Of a stretch of DNA of 64,000 nt, positions 20,828-30,608 are shown piece after piece (positions within the stretch are counted from its first letter, which is position 1; the number at the start of each line of letters is the position of its first letter). The stretch is from Candidatus Bathyarchaeota archaeon (GTDB lineage: Archaea > Thermoproteota > Bathyarchaeia > Bathyarchaeales > Bathycorpusculaceae), in the NCBI GenBank assembly GCA_963827165.1, contig CAWGZR010000005.1, positions 192,001 through 256,000 of the forward strand, read 5' to 3'. Made by a program: the position numbers and the translations under genes. The notes beneath the pieces are model-generated. The model was not told the origin of the DNA. It worked only from the letters and a program-made list of their open reading frames with translations, and searched no databases.

Positions 20828-21253
20828 ATGGCGATTGGCGAAAAACTATGGGAAGGCAAAGCCAAAAGTGGCGCAGGCTTCATTAAGTCCGTTGGAATGG
20901 ACGGTGTTACTTCAATCTTTACTTTTACGGCTAAAATGATGGGCATGGGCAAAGCGAAAGGCGTAGACTGCAACCTAAATGTGACAGGCAAGAGCATGAT
21001 GCCTCCTAAGGGCATCGGATGGTCGAAAGACCAGGGAATGCTCATGACAATGACGGGCGATATGGGCATAGTGAAAGGAGTTAGCATGATGAAGATGGAG
21101 ATGGGCAAGAACCCGACAGCTGTAGGTCTTTGGACTTTCATGACGATGTCCGAAAAACTAGGTTGGCTTAACGAAACCATTACTCTTGTCACTTTTGAAG
21201 CTACGGACCCAATGTGGACAGAAATCAACATTGCAATCTGGGAATGGAAATAG
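20828..21253 (+). CDS. Met-rich hypothetical beta-barrel protein
   Basis: GAGGTGA SD; alternating beta pattern, WEWK end; about 18 Met in 141 aa. Confidence 0.75.
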   Translation: MAIGEKLWEGKAKSGAGFIKSVGMDGVTSIFTFTAKMMGMGKAKGVDCNLNVTGKSMMPPKGIGWSKDQGMLMTMTGDMGIVKGVSMMKMEMGKNPTAVGLWTFMTMSEKLGWLNETITLVTFEATDPMWTEINIAIWEWK

Positions 21254-21262
21254 ACGTAGGAG

Positions 21263-21727
21263 TTGATTTTGACGCAGCAAGAACATTGGCAGATGCCGGA
21301 TTGGTGGTGCAGAGAACAACGCCCAGAAAACGACAACGCATATTTTGAGAACATGAGTCGAGTGATTTTTCAGGAAGGCTTAAACTGGCATGTCATCGAC
21401 AACAAATGGTCAACCACCCGAAAAGCTTTTGCAAATTTTGACATAAACAAGGTCTCATGCTTCACAGCATCAGACGTTGAAAGTCTACTCAAGGACGAAG
21501 GCATCGTGCGAAACCGATCCAAAGTCGAAGCAATCATATACAACGCACAAGGATTCAAAGCCATAAAAGAACACTACAAATCTTTCCAAGCCTACCTGGA
21601 CAGTTTAGACAAATCCAACAATTACGATGCAGCCGTCAAAGACTTAACAAGTAAATTCAAGCACATAGGTCCAGCATCGGCAAGCCTTTTCTTATATACA
21701 GTCGGCGAAAAAATCAAAGCGTGGTAA
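21263..21727 (+). CDS. tag: DNA-3-methyladenine glycosylase I family
   Basis: FQEGLNW, AFANFD, GIVRNRSKV, FKHIGP. Confidence 0.88.
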   Translation: MILTQQEHWQMPDWWCREQRPENDNAYFENMSRVIFQEGLNWHVIDNKWSTTRKAFANFDINKVSCFTASDVESLLKDEGIVRNRSKVEAIIYNAQGFKAIKEHYKSFQAYLDSLDKSNNYDAAVKDLTSKFKHIGPASASLFLYTVGEKIKAW

Positions 21728-21799
21728 AAAACAACTTTTTCTTTTTTTCCTTGGTTAGTTTTTTAATTAGGGTGAACTGGTGTATTTTGAGAAAGATTC

Positions 21800-22087
21800 A
21801 TGACTAAAGTTCGGGCGCACATCTTTGTTAGCGGTTTGGTTCAAGGGGTTTTCTTTAGGCAGAAAACAAAGCAGATGGCTGAGAACCGCGGGGTAGGGGG
21901 TTGGGTGCGCAACTTGGATGATGGCCGTGTGGAAGCAGTTTTTGAAGGCGAAGAAACTGATGTCCATGCTTTGATGGATTTCTGCAGGAGGGGACCAAGT
22001 GGGGCTAAGGTTTCCGACGTTGAAGTTGCATTCGAGAAGTTTTTGGGTGAATACAAAAATTTTAAAGTTACTTTTTTTAATCCTTGA
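21800..22087 (+). CDS. acyP: Acylphosphatase
   Basis: VSGLVQGVFFR, GWVRNLDDGRVE. Confidence 0.95.
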   Translation: MTKVRAHIFVSGLVQGVFFRQKTKQMAENRGVGGWVRNLDDGRVEAVFEGEETDVHALMDFCRRGPSGAKVSDVEVAFEKFLGEYKNFKVTFFNP

Positions 22088-22118
22088 AAAACGAGGGGAT
22101 TAACTAGATTGAGTTAAC

Positions 22119-22532
22119 TCATGTTTTTTTCTTGGGAACTCTAAAATGCGACTCTTTTCCAGCGCTGATGTATTCTCCGCCCATACCTCGAACTGCGGAG
22201 GCAATTTTTGCAAATTTCTCAGAACCAAGGAAACCCATTAGTTTAATTATTATGTAGTCGCCTTTTTCTTCAAAACCTAGTAGGCTTTCTAGTTCTTCGG
22301 GAAAAGACATGCGAATATCATCCAGTGTTCGCAGCTTTTGTCCAGTAGCTGGCGTGGCGGGGGCTTGAACCGTTTGGATAGTCGGTTGCACCGGTGGGTT
22401 GATTTGTCCAGTTGCGAGAGACTTCAGCGACGCGGAAACGGATTTCAACTCTTCAGAAACCTTGGCCAACTTAATGGTAAGCTCTTCCACTTTGCCTGCC
22501 AACTCATTTAGCTTTTCCTTGTCAGTGCTCAA
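22119..22532 (-). CDS. Hypothetical protein: coiled coil + P/T/Q linker + small alpha/beta domain
   Basis: Heptad N-terminus, low-complexity linker, C-domain FAKIASAVRGMGGEY...HFRVP. Confidence 0.75.
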   Translation of the reverse strand: MSTDKEKLNELAGKVEELTIKLAKVSEELKSVSASLKSLATGQINPPVQPTIQTVQAPATPATGQKLRTLDDIRMSFPEELESLLGFEEKGDYIIIKLMGFLGSEKFAKIASAVRGMGGEYISAGKESHFRVPKKKT

Positions 22533-22626
22533 CCTTAAGGCTCCCCTTTAAACTCCTAAATAATCCCAAGAAGCTTATTAATTGTTTGCAACCTCAAATC
22601 AAACTAAATCCTGGAAAGAAACGGGC

Positions 22627-23664
22627 ATGATTGAAATTGATGGGAGCCAAAAAAGCGGCAGCGGAACGATACTTCGCCTCTCGGTAGCATTATCAGCTAT
22701 TACAAACCGGCCGCTTCATATTTTCAACATTAGGCAAAGCCGCCCGCAACCTGGCTTAAAACCTCAGCATCTCGAAGCCGTGCTAACAGCGGCCAAACTA
22801 TGTAGCGCTAAAGTGCAGGGGGCTTCTTTGGGTTCCAGGGAACTCTGTTTCACACCTCAGCAAATAATAGGCGGCAACATCGAAGCGGAAATAGCGACGG
22901 CTGGAAGCATTCCTATGCTGCTTTTGGCGGTGATGCCGATCTGCTTATTCGCTGACAACCCCGTGCACCTTCACGTTGCCAAAGGAGGAACCGACACCAC
23001 TCATGCGCCAACCATCAACTACATGCGAAACGTGCTTTTGCCAACACTGGAGCAAATGGGAGCCGAAGTCGACTTAACTGTTCAGAAATACGGCTACTAC
23101 CCGAAGGGTATGGGTGAAGTCGCGGTAACCGTTAAACCCAATAAAAACCTAAAACCAGTATTCTTTGAAGACTTTGGCAACCTAAAAAGTGTGGGCGGCG
23201 TTTCCGTCTGCACCTTTCTGACTGACCGGCAGGTTGCTCAAAGACAATCAAAAGCAGCGGAATATTACCTCTCTCAAAACGGTTATGCTGCTGAAATTCA
23301 AGTGATAAATGACGAGTCGAATCGCTTCCAAAAGGGAAGCTCTATTGTTCTGTGGGGTAAAACCGACACAGGACTAATAGTAGGAGCTGACGCAATAGGG
23401 CAATTGCGCAAAATGGCAGAAGATGTGGGAAGAGAAGCCGCTGAAAAACTCGTCGCAGAATTATCGGCTCGACCGACCGCAGATGTTTTCTTGGCTGATA
23501 TGCTCATTCCCTACATGGCGTTAGCGCAGGGTAAATCAATTCTGTTAGTACGAACAATTTCAGAGCATATTGATTCGAACATTTGGCTTATGGAAAAAAT
23601 CTTGAACGTTAAATTCATCATTCAAAAGGTGAACAGTATCTACAGAATAGAAAAAAGCAGTTGA
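22627..23664 (+). CDS. rtcA: RNA 3'-terminal phosphate cyclase
   Basis: IEIDGS, RPQPGLKPQH, GGTD, YYPKGMG. Confidence 0.92.
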   Translation: MIEIDGSQKSGSGTILRLSVALSAITNRPLHIFNIRQSRPQPGLKPQHLEAVLTAAKLCSAKVQGASLGSRELCFTPQQIIGGNIEAEIATAGSIPMLLLAVMPICLFADNPVHLHVAKGGTDTTHAPTINYMRNVLLPTLEQMGAEVDLTVQKYGYYPKGMGEVAVTVKPNKNLKPVFFEDFGNLKSVGGVSVCTFLTDRQVAQRQSKAAEYYLSQNGYAAEIQVINDESNRFQKGSSIVLWGKTDTGLIVGADAIGQLRKMAEDVGREAAEKLVAELSARPTADVFLADMLIPYMALAQGKSILLVRTISEHIDSNIWLMEKILNVKFIIQKVNSIYRIEKSS

Positions 23665-23668
23665 TTCC

Positions 23669-24739
23669 ATGTCTAAAGAAGCATTTTGCGTTAAGGTTTC
23701 AAAGAAAGAAGGCGAAAAAATCATAGCGTTAGCTATCAAGCTTGGGCTTTTAGACAAGTCATTGGAGATACAACGGGAAGAAACCAACCTATGCATCCCT
23801 TTTAACAAACAGCCAAATGACGATGAACTGGAGACGCTGAAAGCTGAAGTGCCCGATTATCATTTGGAAACCCGAGTTTTTACCCAAAAACAAGCAACGG
23901 CAGGAACGCTCATGCAAACTCTTGAAGGAAAGCTGCCACCACATTTACTGAGTAGCCTCCCTCAAGCATTAGATATAATCGGCGACATAGCAATTCTTGA
24001 AATTCCGACTGAACTTGAAGAGTTCGAAAGGCCAATCGGCGAGGCAATCTTGGAGACGCATAAAAACATCAAAACAGTGCTTGCAAAGGCAGGAGCAATA
24101 AGTGGCACGTTTCGGCTGCGTGAATTCAATTTTGTCGCTGGAGAACGCAAAACCCAAACGGTTCACAAGGAATTCGGGTGTCAATTCCATGTCGATGTGG
24201 CTAAAGCGTATTTTTCGCCACGGCTCTCCCACGAGCATATGCGCGTAGCTTCGCTGGTGCAAGAGGGAGAAACAGTTACAGATTTGTTTGCTGGAGTAGG
24301 ACCCTTCTCCGTACTAATCGGCAAAAAGAACCCGAAAGTGAAGGTCTACGCTGTTGATCTTAACCCAGAAGCCGTTGAGCTGCTCAAGGTAAATGTTAGG
24401 GTTAACAGGGTTGAAAACAGAGTTTTTCCCATTCTCGGAGACGCAAGGGAAATCGCGACAGAAAAACTTGAAGCCTTAGCTGACAGGGTCATAATGAATC
24501 TGCCTGAAACCGCCATTGACTTCGTCGACGCGGCATGCCGAGCAATCAAGCCTGAGGGCGGAATAATACATTTTTACGGATTTGTCCGTTCGCCTGACAC
24601 GGCCGAAAACCAAAAACTTCGATTTGGCGCAGCCGTCGAGAGGGCTGGCAGGAGGGTTGATTCGGTTCTTTGTGTCAGAAGCGTTCGCGAGACCGCGCCG
24701 TATGAGTCGCAGATTGTTTTAGACGCCAAAATCGTCTAG
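23669..24739 (+). CDS. trm5: Trm5/Met-10+ family tRNA methyltransferase
   Basis: DIIGDIA, YFSPRL, DLFAGVGPF, VIMNLP. Confidence 0.88.
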   Translation: MSKEAFCVKVSKKEGEKIIALAIKLGLLDKSLEIQREETNLCIPFNKQPNDDELETLKAEVPDYHLETRVFTQKQATAGTLMQTLEGKLPPHLLSSLPQALDIIGDIAILEIPTELEEFERPIGEAILETHKNIKTVLAKAGAISGTFRLREFNFVAGERKTQTVHKEFGCQFHVDVAKAYFSPRLSHEHMRVASLVQEGETVTDLFAGVGPFSVLIGKKNPKVKVYAVDLNPEAVELLKVNVRVNRVENRVFPILGDAREIATEKLEALADRVIMNLPETAIDFVDAACRAIKPEGGIIHFYGFVRSPDTAENQKLRFGAAVERAGRRVDSVLCVRSVRETAPYESQIVLDAKIV

Positions 24740-25170
24740 ACTTTTACGATCATCGTTATTTTTATTTTCTGTTTGGGATCTTTGAGTTTTTCAACAAATT
24801 CTCTCGACAGATTGCTTGACGATTTGTCTGCATAGATTGCTGTAGTTCGGTCTGAGATATAGTCGCTTTTTCTAATTACAATGTCGGTCGGGTGGGTTAG
24901 AAGCAGTTTTGGGGAGCCATATGCGTTTATCTGCACTATTGAGCCTTCAGCTTCAATCAAAATCGTGAGCTTTGCGCCTGGCTTTTTCAGTTTTTCCTTG
25001 AATCCGTCACTTAAATCTGGTCCAGCTTTGTCAGCTCCAACGGCGACAATGCAGTCACCCGTTTTAGAAAGATGCTTCTCTTTTGTAAACATTAACGTTG
25101 ACGGATGAATGGCTTGAATGTTGGTGTGCCCAAAAGCCAAAACAATTTCTTCCGCTGGGTTAGAATTCAA
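24736..25170 (-). CDS. DUF371-family protein
   Basis: GHTNIQAIH, GDCIVAV, IRKSDY. Confidence 0.88.
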   Translation of the reverse strand: MNSNPAEEIVLAFGHTNIQAIHPSTLMFTKEKHLSKTGDCIVAVGADKAGPDLSDGFKEKLKKPGAKLTILIEAEGSIVQINAYGSPKLLLTHPTDIVIRKSDYISDRTTAIYADKSSSNLSREFVEKLKDPKQKIKITMIVKV

Positions 25171-26133
25171 TTATTCATTAACCTCTATTGAATCGACTTT
25201 GCCATCTCCGTCCAGATCAAACCCCTGAATCACAACCGCGAACGGATCCTGCCCCTTGTATTTCTGCAGGGTTTTCTTCCAGAAATTAGTCAAGGCCAAA
25301 ACGCAGGCTTTCGTTCCGACGGCTTTGTTGCCTGCTAAAATGACGACGCGTTTTGTTTTATCCCAGGGGTTAACGATTTTGGCGATTAAGCCCGAAACAT
25401 CCGAAGTGTAGACCTGCAAGGTTTTTTCTGAACGTAACCCGCCAAGAAGGAAGCCTTGTTCGGATGATTGCATTATGAATTTAATAGGTAAGTACTCGTT
25501 AATTTCTTGTGTGAGCAGGTTTGTGCCTGGTCCACCGACAAGGATCAAGTTGTTTTTTTCTTCTTTCTCCACTTTAACATCAACGTCCAGTTTAACCGCG
25601 AATTCACTAGGCATTTTTGCGAATTGCCCCAGAAAAAGAGCTAAGTGCGCCGCGTAATGTCCGTCTCGTGCGCTAGTTTTGAATGGCCCGTGAGGTAGTG
25701 GGCTACCTACAACTATTTTACCGTCGAAGACACCGTTGCATATGAATTCTTTGAAGAAATCTTGAAGCGGCTTATCCAAACTTAAAGTGCACATGTTCTG
25801 AAGGGGTTTATAGCCGTTGGGAAGCTCAATCCCGAAGGCGGATGAAACGGTTTTATAGTATTTCGCTGTCGCACCCTTCTTTTTTTCTTCCCGCTCAACA
25901 GTTATAGCACCTGCTTTTGCAAGCTTTCTTATGTGGTAATAGATTTTTTGTTCGTGCATGCCTAGCTGCTTCGCGATTTCTAAGGGGTACATTTCTTTTT
26001 TTGAAAGCATTGTTAGGATTTTCCAGCTGAGGTCGCCGAGGATCATTTTAAGTTTTTGTGAATCATTTATCATGATGATTTCTTTTATTTGCTGAGTGTC
26101 ACCGTTGTCTTCGAGCAAAAGTTTCTTACCCAT
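25171..26133 (-). CDS. ArsR-type HTH regulator with S-layer-like C-terminal domain
   Basis: wHTH YYHIRKL...AKYY; NLILVGGPGTN; terminal DLDGDGKVD. Confidence 0.8.
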   Translation of the reverse strand: MGKKLLLEDNGDTQQIKEIIMINDSQKLKMILGDLSWKILTMLSKKEMYPLEIAKQLGMHEQKIYYHIRKLAKAGAITVEREEKKKGATAKYYKTVSSAFGIELPNGYKPLQNMCTLSLDKPLQDFFKEFICNGVFDGKIVVGSPLPHGPFKTSARDGHYAAHLALFLGQFAKMPSEFAVKLDVDVKVEKEEKNNLILVGGPGTNLLTQEINEYLPIKFIMQSSEQGFLLGGLRSEKTLQVYTSDVSGLIAKIVNPWDKTKRVVILAGNKAVGTKACVLALTNFWKKTLQKYKGQDPFAVVIQGFDLDGDGKVDSIEVNE

Positions 26134-26348
26134 AATTTAATCCTGATGAGTAAGATAATAGTACTATAAAAAATTTATTTATAGTGGTGAAAAAAAACAG
26201 ACCTTACTTGAGCCTTCGGTTGCACGCTTGCATGGAAAAACAGCACAAACCGCTACAACTTTTGTTTTAGCAGTCAAACTGAAATCTTAAAAAGGCTTAT
26301 TACGGAAACTTCGGCACTTAAAGTCATACATTCATCGAGGCTTATGAT

Positions 26349-28178
26349 ATGTGCGGAATATTTGGATGCGTTTTAAACGAGGGAAACGCCGCTCCCCTAA
26401 TACATAGCTCACTTAAACGGCTTGAATATCGAGGCTATGACTCAGTTGGCATAGCGACAATTTCTGACGGCAAGATTTACCTTAAAAAAGATCAAGGAAA
26501 AATCGATGAGGTTCATAAAATCTTGAACCTTGATGATTTGCCAGGCGCAATCGGGATCGGTCACACTCGTTGGGCAACCCATGGTGCACCCTTAAAAGTT
26601 AACTCTCACCCTCACTCCGACTGCACTGGCGAAATAATGGTTGTGCACAACGGAATCATCGAGAACTTCATGGAACTAAGGGCGGAACTGCAGAATCTTG
26701 ACCACACATTTGTTTCCAAAACAGACACAGAAGTAATCCCACATCTAATCGAGCAAACCATCAAAAAGAATCCACATCTCTCCTTTGTCGACGCCGTCCA
26801 AGAAAGCCTCAAGCGCCTAGAAGGATCATACGCTCTAGCCGTAATCTCCACAAAAGAACCCGACAAAATAGTCTGCGCCAGAAATGAAAGCCCCTTAGTT
26901 TTAGGTATCAACGGAAAAGGTGTTTTCTGCGCTTCTGATATCCCAGCTTTTCTACCCGTGACAAACAAGGCAGTCATGATAAACAACGGCGAAATGGTTA
27001 TTCTGTCTGCCCACGGCTACGAAATCAAGAAGATCCAGGATTCCAGTCCTATCGTTCGGGAACCAATAACTATCGAGTGGTCGGCTGAAATGGCTATCAA
27101 ACAAGGCTACCCGCATTTCATGATAAAAGAGATTCATGAGCAACCTGAAACGTTGCGCAACACCCTACGACTGCAGGAGCATTATTTGGATTTGTTGACC
27201 ACTTTCCTAGATCGCGCTAACGAAGTTTTCTTGGTCGCGTGTGGAACAAGCTACCACGCTTGCCTGGCGGCTTCCTATATGTTTTCTAAGCTTGCGTTTT
27301 TGCCTACTTACCCTGTTTACGCTTCAGAATTCGTAGAACAACATGGCAAGTCAGTTAGCATCGACAGCACTATCTTAGCGGTTAGCCAGTCAGGCGAAAC
27401 AGCTGACACCATAGCAGCCGTCACTTGTGCCCAACAACGTGCAGCCACCATTCTAAGCCTAACAAACGTCATCGGCTCTTCTCTTACACGTGTTTCCCGC
27501 GTTTACATCGGCACACAGGCTGGTCCAGAAATCGGGGTGGCAGCTACGAAGACTTTTACGTCTCAGCTTTCTGTGTTGGCTCAGCTTGCACTTAGGTTAG
27601 CGAAGAAGAGAGGCAAAGTTTCCCAGGATGAAATCGACAATTTGGAAGAGAACTTGGCAAAGTTACCCGACATCGCAGAAACAATAGTCAGGACTCAAGA
27701 AGAAAAAGTTAAGCAGATCGCCCAAAAATACAAGGATAACAAAGTCTTCTTTTTCCTTGGCAGAGGAATCAGCACCGCAACCGCTTTCGAAGGCAGGCTC
27801 AAACTCATGGAAATAGCCTATATCCCGTCGATAGCGTTCCCAGCTGGCGAAAGCAAACACGGCCCAATCAGCCTTGTCGAAAACGGGTTTCCAGTGGTTT
27901 TCGTCTGCCCCAGAGATGACTGCCACAAGACGCTTATCGGCAACATCATGGAGATGAAAGCCCGAGGCGCCCAAATAATCGCAATCGCAGAGGAAGGAGA
28001 CGAAGACATCAAATCGTTAGCCGACGACTACATCGAAGTCCCCAATGGCATTCCAGGAGTACTCTCGCCCATACCCTTCGCCCTACCCCTACAACTCCTA
28101 GCGTATTACACTGCACTGGCGAAAGGATTAAACCCCGACATGCCAAGAAATCTTGCGAAATGCGTTACTGTAAAGTGA
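26349..28178 (+). CDS. glmS: Glutamine-fructose-6-phosphate aminotransferase
   Basis: MCGIFG, GHTRWATHG, SQSGET, PRNLAK. Confidence 0.97.
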   Translation: MCGIFGCVLNEGNAAPLIHSSLKRLEYRGYDSVGIATISDGKIYLKKDQGKIDEVHKILNLDDLPGAIGIGHTRWATHGAPLKVNSHPHSDCTGEIMVVHNGIIENFMELRAELQNLDHTFVSKTDTEVIPHLIEQTIKKNPHLSFVDAVQESLKRLEGSYALAVISTKEPDKIVCARNESPLVLGINGKGVFCASDIPAFLPVTNKAVMINNGEMVILSAHGYEIKKIQDSSPIVREPITIEWSAEMAIKQGYPHFMIKEIHEQPETLRNTLRLQEHYLDLLTTFLDRANEVFLVACGTSYHACLAASYMFSKLAFLPTYPVYASEFVEQHGKSVSIDSTILAVSQSGETADTIAAVTCAQQRAATILSLTNVIGSSLTRVSRVYIGTQAGPEIGVAATKTFTSQLSVLAQLALRLAKKRGKVSQDEIDNLEENLAKLPDIAETIVRTQEEKVKQIAQKYKDNKVFFFLGRGISTATAFEGRLKLMEIAYIPSIAFPAGESKHGPISLVENGFPVVFVCPRDDCHKTLIGNIMEMKARGAQIIAIAEEGDEDIKSLADDYIEVPNGIPGVLSPIPFALPLQLLAYYTALAKGLNPDMPRNLAKCVTVK

Positions 28179-28317
28179 AAATACTCTAAGTGTTGGTATT
28201 TATCACTTATACAGCCTAGTTTTCTTTTTTATATCTTCTAATGAACTCAGCGGTACCAAGATGGCCAGCTTTGAAAATCAATCTTTGATCTAGAGGCATA
28301 TTTTCTTCCAGTGACTA

Positions 28318-28363
28318 TTTGATATGATTTGATACGTTTTAATACGTTTTGGTACGTTTTGAG
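28318..28363. repeat. Degenerate 10-bp tandem repeat (TTTGATACGT-like, about 4.5 copies)
   Basis: tttgatatga-tttgatacgt-tttaatacgt-tttggtacgt-tttgag in the glmS/fen convergent gap. Confidence 0.75.
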
Positions 28364-28664
28364 ATCATAGTTGCAAATGCTCCAAGCCCCAAACTAAGAA
28401 AGCAACCCAAAACACAAAGAAAAATTCGCAGAATTTCCCACACCTTTTTAGTCAACGTCATCGCAAATAAAGACGCATTTTAACTATCTTTCGCAAATTC
28501 AAACCCGATTCAAGCCCAATCACGAGCGAAAAACTGGACATTTCGAACCTGCATGTTCAATTTACCCTATCAAACGACTTTTGCGGATCGACTAATGGAT
28601 TCACTACGATTGGAGCAAAATAGGCCAAGCATCTAACACTTGGCGTGACCACGAGACTGTCGGG

Positions 28665-29693
28665 TTAGCCGAACCATTTCTCCAATGATACCTTCGCCTT
28701 CTGCTTCTTGCTGCCCGTCATCATTTTCTCCAAGGATTTTCTGACACGATCTTCCGAAAATTCTTTTTGTCTCACCATCAAATCCACAACGCCTTCAACG
28801 TTTGGCTCGCACCATTTCAGCTTGTAGTTGTCTGTTACTTCGGGATGCAGGAAGATTTGGCGTATGCAGTTTGGCTCAACCGGGAAAGAAGGGTTTTTGA
28901 TGTGTGGGAGAGCATCTTCCAGCGTACCGTATTGCTTCACCAATTTGAGCGCGGTTTTTGGACCCAGCCCTTTTATGCCGTCAGGGTTGAAGTCTGTGCC
29001 GATGAGGATACCGACGTCGATGAGTTGCTCATAGGTTAATCCTGTTTCACTTAGAGTTTTTGCAAGTTCCATCACTTCAGGTACAACTTCAATGTAGACG
29101 TTGCCGCGTTTTCGCCTGCCGGAAATCGTGATGTTCCGAAGCATTTTTGGAGCTCCAAAAAGCAAACTGTCATAGTCTTGGCTTGCACAGTAATCCGAAT
29201 CGCCTTTCCGTGTCATGTGCGCAGCTTGAGCTTCCCCTTCGCTTGGTGCACTTATCCACGGCAACCCCATGAGCTCCAAAAGCTTGCGGCTATCCTCTTG
29301 CATGTAGTCTTTCATGCTTGTCGACGCCTGAGCAAACATAAGCATCTTTTCAGTGTCGCCTTTAGCCGCCGCCTTCTCGTAGCTTGCCACCGCTTGAACC
29401 TTAACCTGCCTGCGCCTCTCGATCTCAGCCGTCTTCAAAGTGGGCGGAATTCCATCGAAAACATAAATCGGCTTCAGCCCCATTTCCACCAAGTTGCTTG
29501 TGCGGTAGAATAAGCCGCTTAGGTGGCTGGTGATTTTTCCCGCGCTGTCTTTTAGCGGTGTACCGTCGGGTTGCCTGATGATTGAGAGGAACTGGTAGAT
29601 AGCGTTGTAGGCATCTATGGCAATTATTTTGCCGCTTAAATCCTCGAGTTTAACGGGGGTTTTCGGAACAAGGTCTTTGAAGTCCACGCCCAA
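28665..29693 (-). CDS. fen: Flap endonuclease 1
   Basis: IDAYNAIYQFL, EGEAQAA, SQDYDSLLFG, PIP box KVSLEKWF. Confidence 0.97.
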   Translation of the reverse strand: MGVDFKDLVPKTPVKLEDLSGKIIAIDAYNAIYQFLSIIRQPDGTPLKDSAGKITSHLSGLFYRTSNLVEMGLKPIYVFDGIPPTLKTAEIERRRQVKVQAVASYEKAAAKGDTEKMLMFAQASTSMKDYMQEDSRKLLELMGLPWISAPSEGEAQAAHMTRKGDSDYCASQDYDSLLFGAPKMLRNITISGRRKRGNVYIEVVPEVMELAKTLSETGLTYEQLIDVGILIGTDFNPDGIKGLGPKTALKLVKQYGTLEDALPHIKNPSFPVEPNCIRQIFLHPEVTDNYKLKWCEPNVEGVVDLMVRQKEFSEDRVRKSLEKMMTGSKKQKAKVSLEKWFG

Positions 29694-29978
29694 AACTTAT
29701 CACAAGTAAAATAGGCGAAAAACTTTCTTAATAAACTTGCGAATGGCCCTTAATTTCTGGACTTGCAAACTTGATTTGGGGAAGAATTAAACAAGATAGC
29801 AGAAAATCTGAAGAAAATATCGAAATGCTGATCGGAGCGTTGAAATTCGAAAAAAATGAACGCTGGACATGTTGTTTTCAAGCCGACAAATCCCATGTTG
29901 AACTAGCGATTATTCAGATTCGTTGAGCATAGTAGATATAAGGAACCCTTACAATTTAGAACCGCAAGAGATGTCATT

Positions 29979-30167
29979 ATGACAGAAAGACAATCAGCAC
30001 TTTCCTTGGTTACCTGCACAAGCTGCGGCAAACCAATCCCGCCTGGCAGTGAATCGACAAAATTCCTCTGCCCAAACTGCGGAGAAATCCAAATAAAACG
30101 CGACGGAAAATGCCGCAAGTTCGGACGCATCTACAAGTGCCCAAAATGCGGTTTCACTGGACCATAA
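29979..30167 (+). CDS. Zn-ribbon protein (DUF1610 type)
   Basis: CTSCG, CPNCG, YKCPKCGFTGP; upstream of EF-1beta. Confidence 0.9.
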   Translation: MTERQSALSLVTCTSCGKPIPPGSESTKFLCPNCGEIQIKRDGKCRKFGRIYKCPKCGFTGP

Positions 30168-30179
30168 GGGCGAGTTTGC

Positions 30180-30455
30180 ATGGGCAGCGTTATAGTAACC
30201 TACAAGATTTTTCCAGAAGATATAGTTCCGAGCTTTGAAGCCTTAAAAAAAGCGATTGAAGGAATAACGCCCGAGTTCGCATCCATTGAAGGATGGGGTG
30301 AGGAACCAGTAGCGTTCGGCTTGGTAGCTCTTCTTGTTCAGCTCAAATTTCCAGAGGACAAGACTGGCATCGTTGACGAATTCGAAGAAAAACTAGGAAA
30401 GTTGCCAGGAGTAAGCCAAGCGCAAACCATGTTCTTGCGCCGAAGCAGCAGATAA
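30180..30455 (+). CDS. ef1b: Elongation factor 1-beta
   Basis: KIFPED, EEPVAFGLVAL. Confidence 0.92.
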   Translation: MGSVIVTYKIFPEDIVPSFEALKKAIEGITPEFASIEGWGEEPVAFGLVALLVQLKFPEDKTGIVDEFEEKLGKLPGVSQAQTMFLRRSSR

Positions 30456-30608
30456 ACCGCTCAATGCGTGGTTCCCGCAAAGAACCCGTTTGAATCCATG
30501 CTTATGTTCACCTGAAAGTTTCAAACGTTACGCTTGAAAGTTTATATAGGTTTAAATGATCTTTTCCACTCATTACCTTTAAGCGTAAGATTATTTGGAG
30601 GATTCTGT

